64,000 nucleotides of DNA, from the NCBI RefSeq assembly GCF_009914755.1, contig NC_060926.1; one strand, written 5' to 3'. The translations under genes and the position numbers were made by a program. The notes under the pieces were generated by a model. That model was not told the DNA's origin, did not search any database, and saw nothing but the letters and a program-made list of their open reading frames with translations. The DNA is from the human T2T-CHM13v2.0 reference genome, Homo sapiens. Positions 1 to 12,710 of the stretch are shown piece after piece (the first letter of the stretch is position 1; each line of letters starts with the position of its first letter).

Positions 1-73
1 TTACCGACTCCTTCGGAAGCAGGTGCTGCTGTTCCCACTGTGCAGATGTGTGAGGCTGATTCCTACCTCGTAG

Positions 74-431
<358 letters not shown>

Positions 432-925
432 TAAGCCCCAAGCTGGGATTGCAGGGACCTACATTCTTGTTCCGGTTGAGTCACTAACTACCTAGGTGTG
501 CTAGGGCAGGGCCTGTCACTTCTTTGGGACTCAGATTCCTTGCCTGTAAAGAAGGTTGGCCCTCAGAGCCCCCTTGCAATTTTAAGGTTCTAGAATTCCA
601 CTTTTGGGACCAGCTGGTGCCCCATGAACAGCTTGTTGTGGTTCCTACATTAGTTTAGATTGGGGTGTCCTACAAGTCCCTGTGGTGAGAAAGGGCAGTC
701 TTCCTCCCGCAGCGAGTCAGAGCCTACCTTGGCAGAGGCGTCGGCCTTCCTAATGGGCTGAATCTCCCTCTGCCTCTGAATTATGTTCAACTCGACAAAT
801 ACTGACTGGGCCGATCAGCATGCCTGGCTCTGTGCTGAGTGTCACTGAACTCGAGGAACTTCCCTCCAGGAATTCTGAGTCTAGTAGAATAGACAGGCAA
901 TGAAACCTTACTGAGAGAAGCGCAG

Positions 926-1008
926 GGCTGGGCATGATGGCTCATGCCTGTAATCCCAGCACTTTGAGATGCTGAGGCGGGAGGATTGCTCGAGGCCAGG
1001 AGTTCGAG
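926..1008 (+). mobile_element. 3'-truncated Alu fragment
   Basis: First ~83 nt of Alu, no poly-A, flanked by GAGAGAAG(C/G)GCA. Confidence 0.85.
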
Positions 1009-1566
1009 AGAGAAGGGCAAGAGACAAGGTCCATGAAGGGAAAAATTCACTCCATCAGGGAGGTCAGGGATGGTTTCATAGAGGAGATGGTTCCTAGGTT
1101 GGATTTTGAAGAATGAATAAGAGTTCGACAGATTGACAAGGCACGTAAACTTCTCTAGGCAGAGGAAATAGAATGTGCAAAGGCACGTCGTTACGAAACA
1201 GCATAGTACAGAGGAAAACTGCAAGGGTCTGAACTGAAATGAAGACAAGAGGAGCACCAGGAATGAGGCGGAGCGGCACGTGGGAGCAAAGCACACAGGT
1301 GTCCCTGACCACACGCCTCCTTCCTAGCGCTCTCCTGATGGGATAGTTAGTGGTCCCTCAGCCCACCCAACCCGACCTAAAACAGCTTCCAGGTTCCAAA
1401 CAGCATCTCTCCTTCTGTCTTGGAGGCCCAGAGTTCTGTTTCCCATAATAAGAAGCAGGAAACTGAGGACCTGGGAGAGATGAAGGGACCCACCCCAGGA
1501 TCTGCCAGTGCAGCCCCTTGGCTCATCTGTCCTGTGGCTCATCTTCACCTATCTTCCCTTTAGACC

Positions 1567-1752
1567 CATGGCTCTCAACAGGGGGCACCTTTGACAAAGT
1601 CTTGAGAGGATTTTGGTTTTCATGATGGGGTGCTACTGGCATCTAATGGGTAGAAGCTGGGGATTCTGCTTCCTGAAATGCACAGGACAGCCCTCAAAAC
1701 AAAGAAGCCTCCAGCCCAAAATGTCACCAGTGCCAAGGTTGAGAAGCCCTGC
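1567..1752. mobile_element. MER20-like hAT DNA transposon relic
   Basis: GGCTCTCAAC...GTTGAGAAGCCCTG ends and internal GGTGCTACTGGCATCTAATGGGTAGA. Confidence 0.7.
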
Positions 1753-4700
1753 TGTAGACAGGGGTGTCAGGGGTGTCAGGGGTGGTCCTGCCCACAGAGG
1801 CCAGAAGGAGCCCAGATGCCTGAGCAGGGCTCCCCGGAAGGCTCTCTACTGATGAGAGTAATTCTGATAATAGCAATAGTTATAGTCCATGTGCCCATGT
1901 CACCAATGAGGCTTAGAGAGGCTGTGAACTACCCAAGGTCCCTCACAGGCAGGAGCAGGGCCAGACCTGAACCCCCCGTTTCTGGCCTCCTAGGCCAAGC
2001 TCCCTGTGTGCCTCCTGGACAGTGTCCCTGCAGACTCCTGAGTCCTCACTGAAGGTCAGAGCCTGCCCGAGTTTGAGGAGGTCCTTCTCTCCCCCTTCCA
2101 GCGTCCCCAACTCCAGGCAGCCCATGGGCTAGGGGATTTTCTTCTTCTTTGGAACTTAGCACATGTTCTGAGTCTCTGACACTGTGGCCCAGCAAGGCGT
2201 CTGCCAGGAGCAGCTCCGAAGCCCACCCTCTTCCAGCCTCACTCAGGGCATGTGGCGACTTGTTCTGTCTCCAGGACATTGTTTGTGCCCCACTGTGGCT
2301 CCAATTTTATTTGTTTATAGACCAGATGAGGCCTGCATTTGCTGTCGTTTTAACCCTCACCCTCAGCTCTCCCAATTCACTCATCTGCTGTCTGGAGAGT
2401 CCCCCTCCCTTCTTCCCTCCTACTCTTTCCTTGCCCCTACTCCATGCCTGTGCCCATATCTTGCCCCTCCCTCTGCACCCTGAAGCCCTGCTCAGCTGAC
2501 CTGCCTGCCTCAGACCCCCAGGGCCCCTTTGCCTGGCTGGCCTCCCCCAACTCCTAAGCCCAGGACTCCAGGGCACTGATCCCAGAGCCCCAGCAGCGCC
2601 CAGCCCCGAGTTTGGCAGTATCTTCTGAGTGAAGGACTTGCTGGCTGTAACGGAAACCCTCCAGCAGATCAGTCCATGTCCAGTTGGAGCACAGGCCCAC
2701 AAGCTGGGCTGTCTGGGTTGGAATCCAGCTGCTCCCCTTCCTGCCCTGGGACCTGGGGCAAATTCCTTCACCTCTCTGTGCCCAGTTCCCCATCTATAAA
2801 ACATAGGTGGCAATAGCAGGGTTGTGGTGGGATTCCAGCTGCAAAGTCCTTTGAGCAGTGCCAAGCACAAGATAAGAATGTGTTGCTATTATTATTATTA
2901 TCATTATTATTATATGCCTTTGTGCTCACTTTTGAAGTCTGAGCACTAGAGTCCTGATCTTTGGCCACCTAGGGGTCCATGCAGGGGTGAAGACCACGCC
3001 CTCTCCTGGCTGGATCCCAGGTGAGCATCACTGAACTCCTCCGCCCAAGGTGCATCCAGTGCTGACTGGATGAGAGAAGGAAGGGGGACAGTTTTGATGG
3101 CAGAAGCCATTCTATTCCTCCTCTTAGCACATGCACCGCTCCGAGGAAGATCCAAGCAGCTCTTTGCTCCTGGACACGTAGCTCTAGGAAGGGTGAAAAC
3201 CTGGCCCTGATATTGGTCCACAGAGAGACCATGGAGCTCACTGCCCAGTCCCTGGAGCCCATCTCTGTTCCTGCTCTAAGCCCCTGCCTGCTTCCCAGCC
3301 CCACCTTCCCCTCCTCAGCAGTACCCAGCCCCTCTGGTGCCTCAGAAGCATCCACAGCTTCCCACGGGGCTTGTGAGCCTGACTCAGAGGCAGAGGGGTG
3401 GGGGCATCAGAATCTGAGCCTGGGGAAGGCCAGCCTTCTGCTCCAGGCTGTGACCGTCTTCACTCTTGCCTTTGGCTGTCCCTGTGTATCTGAAACTCAC
3501 ACAGCTCACCGCAATTTCCATCTCCTGCCACAAGTCCTCCCCCTGGTCAATATACCAGACTTCTACCCCCTCATCCCAGAACTGTGATTCATCTCCTACC
3601 CACCCTAGAACCAACTGTTGGGCCCTCTCCCATTCTCAACCCCAGGAGGCGCTTTGCCCTATTCTCTTCCAGTTCCTGCGCTTCCTACCCATCCTCATCC
3701 TGCCCACCTCAGCCATCCCACTCCATTCTTTTATTCCTCCCCTCTGCCCTGTGGCTCCTCTTTTATCCCCCAGGAGCTGGCCCCACGGAAGACTACCCAT
3801 CACCAGGGCAGTACTGGGCGGCCACTTGTAGGGAAAGTGGGGAGTCTAGTCCTTAACCATCCTCAGGGCCTTGACATCAAGCCGTCCAACCTGCAGGCCC
3901 TGGCTTTTGAATGATCTATTACTAATGTTGTTTTTGTTGTTTAGCACTCTCTTATCAAAGAGCTCATTTATTCCTTGCAATAACCCGGCAGTTAGATAGA
4001 CCAAGTCTAAGGCTTCTCTTGTGAGTGGCCCCAGTTGGGAGGAGTGTGAAGTCCTCCTAACACCTGCTCCCAGACCATCTTGGGTTCCTGTTGCCAATTT
4101 CAATTAATTGCTATGAAGGATGAGAAACAGGATGCAGAGAAGTTCTATCTTCCCTTTAAGACCGAGAATACCCTGAAGGCATTGCCTGAGGATATCTCAA
4201 AGGGAAGGACCACATCTCCTCCACACCAGGACATCCCCAAGCAAGGCCTTGTCTTTCCTTCTATCTTCAGTACTCAGTCCATAGGACTATATTAAGACCC
4301 CCAGTTGGTGCTTTTTCTGGGTGAGTGACTAGCAGAGAAACCTAGCACTCATTTCCCCCTCTGTCTCTTTCTCTCATAAAAATGCTTTTATTTCGTTCTG
4401 GGGATGGCCTGACAGTGGGGCCCTGGGGCCCATCTGCTGGAGGAAAAAGTCAGTGAGGGACAGAACAGCACAGCTGCCAGTCTGGCTAGACCTCCTCTCT
4501 GAACTGGAACTCCTCCGGAGATGAGTATGGGTGTGATGGGCCTGCGGCCGAGGATGTTGAGGGGTCTCCACCAACTCTCCTTTCCTGATCAGGTTAATAC
4601 TCGAAAACAACTTTCATCTCTGCTTGGCCTCAGCCCAGTCTTTTCCTTCTGCCCTCCCAGCATGAGTCCTGGAGCCTGAAAGAGACCACGGTTGGGAGAA

Positions 4701-4994
4701 GATGTAAGTAAGGAACTACTATGGCCTCCAGACCTGGTCTCCTTCCAAATCTACTGTCTCAGGCTGTTCCCTCTGGCCCATCTTCCTTATCTAATAGGTC
4801 TAAAGCTGCACTGTCCTTCAAAGTTAACCTCAGACTTCACCTCCTCCAGGAAGATTTCCCTGAATCTAGCCATGATGCTGTCTCCCTTCTCGGAATTCCT
4901 GAGGTCAATAGAGTCTGTACCAGGAATCTGCTGCACGCCATGTGCTCTGGTTAAGCACGCAAGTTATTAGGGCTGTTCACAAATACTCCAGCCC

Positions 4995-5310
4995 TCCCTC
5001 CTCTGGGCTCTTGAAAGGGGTTACTCCCTGCCCACTTGAAGTTAGGCCGCGCCATGTGACTTGCCACATGAGCGGAAAGGATGAGTGTTGCTTCCAGGTG
5101 GAAACTTTTAAAGTCAGCATACTCTTTTCCATGACAATTGTCCAAGTGCCACATAATAGCTGCTTGGCCCTCTGGCTGACTAGGACAGGCTGAGCACCTG
5201 AAGATCTGTGATGAACATGTCATTGTGAGCAAAAAAGAAACCTTTGTTGTTTTGAATCAGTAAGATTTTCTAAAGCTGTTTGTGACTTAGCATAACCTGG
5301 CCTGTCCTAT
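4995..5310 (+). mobile_element. Old MLT1-type MaLR LTR relic
   Basis: GCCATGTGACTTGC...GAAACCTTTGTTGTTTT...GCATAACCTGGCCT motifs. Confidence 0.55.
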
Positions 5311-5482
5311 GTGATGCATTACGTGAGCAACCAGGATCTCCCTTGACAAGCTTGAAGTTCAGAAGAAGTTCATATTTTCTCCTAATTTTCATTCAAATTA
5401 GAAAAGCTTTTGATCCTAACCTGCTAAGACTGGTAGGAAGTAGTCTTTCTCCTGGAGTTCTCACTCCTAAGCATTCACAGGC

Positions 5483-5914
5483 TGTTTAGTGTTACTATAA
5501 AGGAATACCTGAAGCTGGATAATTTACAAGGAAAAGAGGTTTATTTGGCTCTTGGTTCTGCAGGCTGGGAAGTTCAATAAGCATGGGGCTAGCATCTAGC
5601 ATTTGCTCAGCTCCTTGTAAGGGATTTTGTGCTGCATCACAACATGGTGGAAGGTCAAAGGGGAGGTGGACATATCTGAAAAGGCAAAGCCTGAGGGGGA
5701 TCCTGGTTTTGTAATAGCCCACTCTTCCAGGAACTAATCTGCTCTCATCAGAGTGAGAACTCACTTATTGCCTTGGGAACAGCACCAAGCCATTCTTGAG
5801 AGCTCTATCCTCAAGACCCAAACATCTCCCACTAGGCCCTACCTCCCAACACCACATGGGGGATCAAATTTCAACATAAGATTTGGTGAGCACAAATCAC
5901 ATCCCAACTATAGC
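5483..5914 (-). mobile_element. MST-type MaLR solo LTR
   Basis: ATAAAGGAATACCTGA...AAAAGAGGTTTATTTGGCTC...CAAATTTCAACATAAGATTTGG...AACTATAGCA. Confidence 0.8.
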
Positions 5915-8345
5915 AGGCCTCTAGGATGGCTTTCATGGATCATTTGAATCTGTCTCCCATTCCTCCTTCTCATCCTCAGTTACATTGGTCTTCCTGTTCG
6001 TCCTTTGTTGAATAAATAGTTGCTTTCCCAGCTCCACAACTGGGACCCTGGACAGGCCCATCTCCTGGTGGACATGCTCACCAAAACCACTGGCAGGGCA
6101 ATGGTTTTGGGACTACAAAGTGCTGGGATTACAGGCGTGAGCTACCGCATCCAGCTGATGATCGCTTTTAAACTGGCAGTTTCTGCTCCCCCTGAGACAT
6201 TCCTCCCCCTCAACACTCCAATCTTACTTTGCACCATCCATGGATTTCTGAAAAGATGCCAGGAAATAGATTGTGGGGAAATTATCCCCTGTTCTGAATT
6301 TCCAGTGAAGAGTGCTGTGTTGCAGCACATGTTCAGTAAATCATCTCATAAAGTAACACCCCCACCACCACCCCATTGCACAGATCTGGTGAATTCCTCT
6401 AAGCTCTCCCCTCCCCTCCTAACTGAATGAGCTCTCTCCCTCCAGGCTCCTCTGGGTTGGAGGTGGAGGCCAGGTTAGGGAGACCCCCATCATTGAAGGT
6501 TTAAAAGGACAATGATGAGACATTTGCCATGAGGACCTGAGGAGCCGCAGGCCTGTTAGTCACAGGCGATGAGTCACCCTGCATTGTTTGTGCTGGTGAT
6601 CCTTCGCAGATGCAGGCAGACTGCAGGAGGAGTTGAGTTCCTCCTCTTGCTCTGGGTGTGTGGACTGGTGCGTGCACATGTGTATGCACGTATGTGTGTG
6701 TATATGTGTGTGTACATACACACATGTGCTTGGGCCTGCAGCCCAAAGTGCACATGGGACAGCCTATATCTGGGAGATTACTATTTCCTAACACATTTGG
6801 GGTAATAATTACTGTCCTTCAATCAGAAGCTTGTGTGTCAAAGATAACAGGGCACATGGGCTGTATAGGCATCAGTTTCTGGTTGGAATCATCCCTTTGA
6901 GGTTGCATGGAGATTTAGGGGCTGTCCACTCAGCACCCCACTCCACTCTTTTTCCCTGGGAAATGCCCTCCACCCACCAGCCCTCTTGGTTAGAGCCACA
7001 GAGACTTCTGGATCTTGTCCATACAGTGTCTACCTCACCTGGCCACAATTTACAAGGCCAGGAGTGGGCATTAGACATGGAAAATTGGAATTGGGACTAC
7101 AATTCCAGCCTTGGACCAACTGCGCTGGCTGGAAGCCATGTAAATGGAGGGCTCTGGGTGGCTGTTTTCCCCACTCTGCGAGCTGGAAGCAGAAAAGTGC
7201 TGCTGTGAGACAGAATGAATGTCTAGATGCCCAGACACCCAGAGAAACTGAGCGGGCAGCCTCTTCCTCTGTCCATGCCATTTGTCCCGTTTTAACATCC
7301 ATCCCCCGTCCTGTCTGCATCCTTCAAGATCAGCTCAGGGGTTACCTCCTCAGTGAGGCCTTCCTCTATTTCCCCACGGAGGGCACCTCTTCCCCCTCTG
7401 GGTCACCTCCCTCTTTTCTTACCAGTCACGTCAAGGTTATTTTTGTTTCCCCCTAGAATGAGCTCCCTAAGGACAAGAACTCTGGCTCTGTGACCTTTCT
7501 ACACTTAGCAAAATGCATCGCACATAATGGTGCTCATAAATGCCTGGGGACTGATGAATCCAAACAGCTGTGTCCTACGGCCAGTTTTGACCTTGTCTCT
7601 TTCTCTTCTTTTTAGGAGGAAAGAGCCAGGCTTAATCTTGGTCTCTCCTGTCTCTGTGGAAGCCTGAATTCCCCTCGGTTTATGAGGTAAAGAATAGCTG
7701 GTCTCCTTCACATGCTTTCCCGACCCTATCCTGGATAAACTGAGGCAGGAAGGCATCTGCTTTCTACTCCAGTGATGTTGCGGCCGGGATGCCTTCTGGG
7801 GAACTCGAATGCTGCAGGCAGAGGGGCTAGTTTCTGAATTGCTTGTGACATGTTTGGCTACCAGTGACCAAAGTCCTCTATGGCTGGCATTCTTTAGTTT
7901 AAAGAATCGAGGGTGTCTCTTAAACCAGGGATGAGGGCCTTGGAAACCTTCCAAAAATTTTTATACAACGCGGGTACATACAACTTTTTACAAATATGAA
8001 ATCATACTGTACATCCTTTCTTTTGTGACCTATTTTCATTCAATAACATTTTACAGTTTTCATGTTAATAAACCTAGCTGTACATTACTGGTACATACTA
8101 GTTACTGGTACATTGACATTTATGACCAGTTGTGTTTCCATGGTAAGGTTGTGTCAGAGCTGGATGCATGTGCCCTGTTGTTGGATATTTATCTTATTTG
8201 TCATTTTTGCGTTGAAACAACGCTATGAATGAATAGTGTTGTAAATGCGTCTGGACTGATCGTCTCTACTGGATAAGTTATTTACAGTGGCATTGCTGGA
8301 CTAAAGGGTAGACATTTTTTTAAAAAGTTTTCTGATGCATAACAC

Positions 8346-9061
8346 TGTCAAAAGACAAAATTAGGCCAGGTGCAGAGGCTCATGCCTGTAATCCCAGCCC
8401 TTTGTGAGGCCAAGGCGAGCAGAGTGCTTGAGGCCAGGAGTTTGAGACAAGCTTGGACAACATGGTGAAAACCCATCTCCACTAAAAATTAGCCAGTCAT
8501 CGTGGTGTGAGCCTGTAATCGTAGCTACTCAGGAGGCTGAAGCACAAGAATCACTTGAACCGGGGAGGCAGAGGTTGCAGTGAGCCTAGAACATGCTACT
8601 GCACTCCAGCCTGGGTGACAGTGTGAGACTGTCTCAAAAAAAAAAAAAAAAAAAAAAAAAAAGATAAAATTACATCAAATCTAGTTTAAAGATCTTCATT
8701 GTTTTTTATTTGCAATTCATGAATCTGGCAACACCTCTTCTGGAATGAGTGTTCAAAACAGCTGAACAGAGGAGACTGGCTTTATAGACAGAAAAGGGCT
8801 GAGGAAAGGAGACACAGTGAACAAAAAGTGGATCTCGGTCATTTTAAAGTTACTCTCCTTATAGGGTTAAAACAGAGGCTTGTTTGGCAATCTGGCTACT
8901 ATCTTTCACTCTCCTGATTTCTGGGAAGGTCAGATAAACAACTTATTTTTGGCTTTCTGGGGTGGAGCTTCAGCACGAGTGACTCCATTTTGGTTTGGTC
9001 TGTCCCATCCTAGCACAGGGGCTCAGTCCTAACCAATGGGCTCTTCTAAATGTATTTGACA
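8346..9061. mobile_element. Solo ERV-type LTR (MER4-group-like), interrupted by an Alu at 8364-8662 and inserted in an old L1
   Basis: Termini TGTCAAA...TTTGACA with near-identical 4-bp flanks ACAC/ATAC. L1-like sequence lies on both sides. Family name uncertain. Confidence 0.6.
8364..8662 (+). mobile_element. Alu inserted in an LTR
   Basis: Alu consensus, long poly-A, TSD AAAGA(C/T)AAAATTA. Confidence 0.95.
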
Positions 9062-9618
9062 ATACCTAACCACCAAGAAAAGACTGTACCAGTGAAACTC
9101 TTGGGCTCTTCTAAATGTATTTGGCAATACCTAACCACCAAGAAAAGACTGTACCAGTGAAACTCTCGGGCTCTTCTAAATGTATTTGACAATACCTAAC
9201 CACCAAGAAAAGACTGTACCAGTGAAACTCTCGGGCTCTTCTAAATGTATTTGACAATACCTAACCACCAAGAAAAGACTGTACCAGTGAAACTCTTGGG
9301 CTCTTCTAAATGTATTTGGCAATACCTAACCACCAAGAAAAGACTGTACCAGTGAAACTCTCGGGCTCTTCTAAATGTATTTGACAATACCTAACCACCA
9401 AGAAAAGACTGTACCAGTGAAATTCTTGGGCTCTTCTAAATGTATTTGACAATACCTAACCACCAAGAAAAGACTGTACCAGTGAAACTCTTGGGCTCTT
9501 CTAAATGTATTTGACAATACCTAACCACCAAGAAAAGACTGTACCAGTGAAACTCTCGGGCTCTTGTAAATGTATTTGACAATACCTAACCACCAAGAAA
9601 AGATTGTACCAGTGAAAC
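9038..9618. repeat. Minisatellite/VNTR: 9 near-identical copies of a 65-bp unit
   Basis: Unit GGGCTCTTCTAAATGTATTTGACAATACCTAACCACCAAGAAAAGACTGTACCAGTGAAACTCT(T/C) starts at 9038, 9103, 9168, 9233, 9298, 9363, 9428, 9493 and 9558. Confidence 0.97.
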
Positions 9619-10330
9619 GCCTCCCTCTCCAGGAGCCTATAAGAGTGCACATTCCCTCACACCTGCACCAGCACTGGCCTCTATGATCCTGCAAATGCTT
9701 TTAAAGGAGTCAATTCATCCGTCATAAGAAATAAACATTGCCCTCTGCTGCTTAAAATATAGCTTCGCAGGAGAAAATCCAAACTTCCTGGGGAGGGACT
9801 GACATCTATTGAACAGATTCTACCACATGTCAGGCACAAGATAGGTCTGCTCTCATTCAGTCCTGCAAGGTAGACATGATTGTTCTCATTCAGATGAGCG
9901 AGTGAACGCTTAGAGAAGTTGAGTAATTTGTCCAAGGTCACAGAGCTAAGGAGTGGCCAGAGTTAGGCTCTGACCTCGTCTGAGGACAAGGTTCATGCTC
10001 TTTCTCCATGTGGCTTCTGTCTCTCCATCTATGACACAGAACCATCTGGCCCCAACTCCCGTCTTCCAGCCTCACTCCTTCCTCCACCCAGCCAGGTCCC
10101 CGCGCGGTAGCCACACTAGTGCCTTAGAGGAGAGTGTGCCCTGTGTTAGCCCAGGCACTGCTAGATGGTGGAATCAGAGAGATTTTAAGATTCCTTATCA
10201 GTATTTTCTACCTTGGCGATATTTTACCTATTTAATAAACAAATGGAGGGTTTTTTAAATTTTAAAAAAACCCATTGCCAAGATTCTCTTGGAGAAAAGA
10301 TTCTCTTGGAGAGTTTCCTGATGTCCCCCA

Positions 10331-11636
10331 GACACGCGCGTGCACAAACTCTCACACACACACACACCACACACACCCACTCACACACATACACACCACA
10401 CACACACCCACTCACACACATACACACCACACACCCACCACACACACCCACTCACACACACCACACCCACGCCCACACACCCACACCACACACACCCACA
10501 CACACCCACTCCACACACACGCACTCACACACACCCACTCCACACACACCCACTCACACACATACACACCACACACACCACATACCCATACACACACACC
10601 ACACACACACATGCACACACCACACACACACCACATACACTACGCACACACCACACACACACCACACATACACCACACGCATACACGCATACACACCACA
10701 CACATACCAGACACACCACACACATACACATACACCACACACACCACACACATACCACATATACACCACACACATACACACATAGATGCACACACACATA
10801 CACAGACACACCACATACACACACATACACATCACACACATATACACACACCACACACATACACACATACACACCACACACACAGTCCACGCACACCACA
10901 CACCACACACATACACACATCACACATACACACCACAAACACATACACACACACACATACACACCACACATACACACCACACACATACACATGCCACACA
11001 CACACACACATACACAGACACACCACACATACATTCACATGCCTCTGCCAACACCACACACACACATACACGCCATACACACCACACACTATACACCGTA
11101 CATACACACCACATACATACACACCACATACACATACACACACTCACACACACACATACACAGACACACCACACATACATTCACATGCCAGTGCCAACAC
11201 CACACCCACACACACATACACACACCATACATACATACCACACACATACCACACACCATATACACCACACACACCACACACCATACATACACACCACACA
11301 CATACACACCACACATACACCACACACCATACACATATACACCACACATACAGACATACACACACTCACACATACACGCACACCACACACACATGCACAC
11401 ACATCACACACATACACAATACACACACCACACACATACACATATACTCACCACTCACACACACCACAACACATACACACCACACACATACACATACCAC
11501 ACACACCACACAGATACACACACACCACACATACACACATTCACATACATACACACACATATACATACACACCACACACATACAAACACGCATACACACA
11601 CACCACACCACACACACACACACACACACACACACA
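10331..11636. repeat. ~1.3-kb degenerate (CA)n/(CACAC)n simple repeat
   Basis: Directly visible. It is the source of the spurious His/Thr- and Val/Cys-rich ORFs. Confidence 0.97.
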
Positions 11637-12236
11637 GTGTCCGCCTGGGCTGGGTGGGCTACAGGCTGTAGGCAGAAGAAAGCAGAGTGCCTCAGAAATA
11701 TCTTGTGACCCTCAAAGGCCACAAGGGGTAGCTGGAGCCAAGCCCGCCCCAGTCAATTCTCCCACAATAGGCTACTGTCCTTTAAGCATGTCCAAGAGCT
11801 ACTGCTGGTCTCTGTCCCGCAGGGCCCTGACTTCCCCCGACTCAGGCCAGCTGTCTCCAGCACAGACCATCCACCAGCCAGGCCCGAGGGAAACAGCTGG
11901 AACCAAATGACTGCAGTGCCTGCCGCTAAATGACCAGGCCTTCCAAAATAAACAAAGGAAAGTCAAGGGAACCAGGACTGCCAGCATCAACGAGGGAGTC
12001 GGCTGAGAGCAGTGAGGTGGGGGCAGAGCCTGGGAACATGTTGCTGGCGGGGGTGGCCAGGGCAGTGACAGGGACTACTCTAAGAAAAGTCCCTCAGCCA
12101 AAGGGTAGACATTGGGGAATAGGATGGAGGGCAGGGAACTCCCCCGCTATTCCCACATCCACACACATATACCAGAATGTACACTTTTTTGGAACTTCTG
12201 CAATATATTTAAGGCTTAGAGGAAATTAGGCATATA

Positions 12237-12710
12237 TTGGGTGGATATGTAGATGGATGGATAGATGGGTGAGTAGGTAGGTGGGTGGGTGGGTGGATGG
12301 GTGGATGGATAGATGGATGAATAGATGGGTGGGTGGATGGATGGATGGATATATGAATGCATGGGTAGGTAGATGGATGGATGGATGGATGGATGGATGG
12401 ATGGATGGATGGATGGATATATGGATGGGTGGGTAGGTGGGTAGGTGGATGAATGGATATATGGGTGGATATATGGATGGGTAAGTAGGTAGGTGGATGG
12501 ATGGATGAATGGATGGATGGATGGATGGGTGGATGGATGGTTGGATGGATGGATAGATGGATGGGTAAGTAGGTGAATGGATGGATGGTGAGTGGATGGG
12601 TGGATGGATGGATGGATGGATGAGTAGGTGAGTGGGTGGATGGATATATGTCTGGGTAGGTAGATGGATGCATGGACAGATGGCTAAACGAAGCAATGAA
12701 TGCATGCATT
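12237..12710. repeat. Degenerate (GGAT/GGGT)n tetranucleotide repeat
   Basis: Directly visible. It is the source of the spurious HPSI-repeat ORFs. Confidence 0.95.

Noticed and set aside
6100-6155. ~40-nt isolated Alu fragment within a 136-aa ORF
   Set aside because: Too short to interpret, and the ORF has no recognisable homology.
9038-9618. CRISPR-like regular array
   Set aside because: Units are identical end to end with no unique spacers, there are no cas genes and the context is human. It is a minisatellite.
10213-11910. Long His/Thr-rich and Val/Cys-rich ORFs (up to 477 aa)
   Set aside because: Artefacts of a (CA)n-type repeat that lacks stop codons in several frames.
12209-12709. 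HPSI-repeat ORFs
   Set aside because: Translation of the (GGAT)n repeat.
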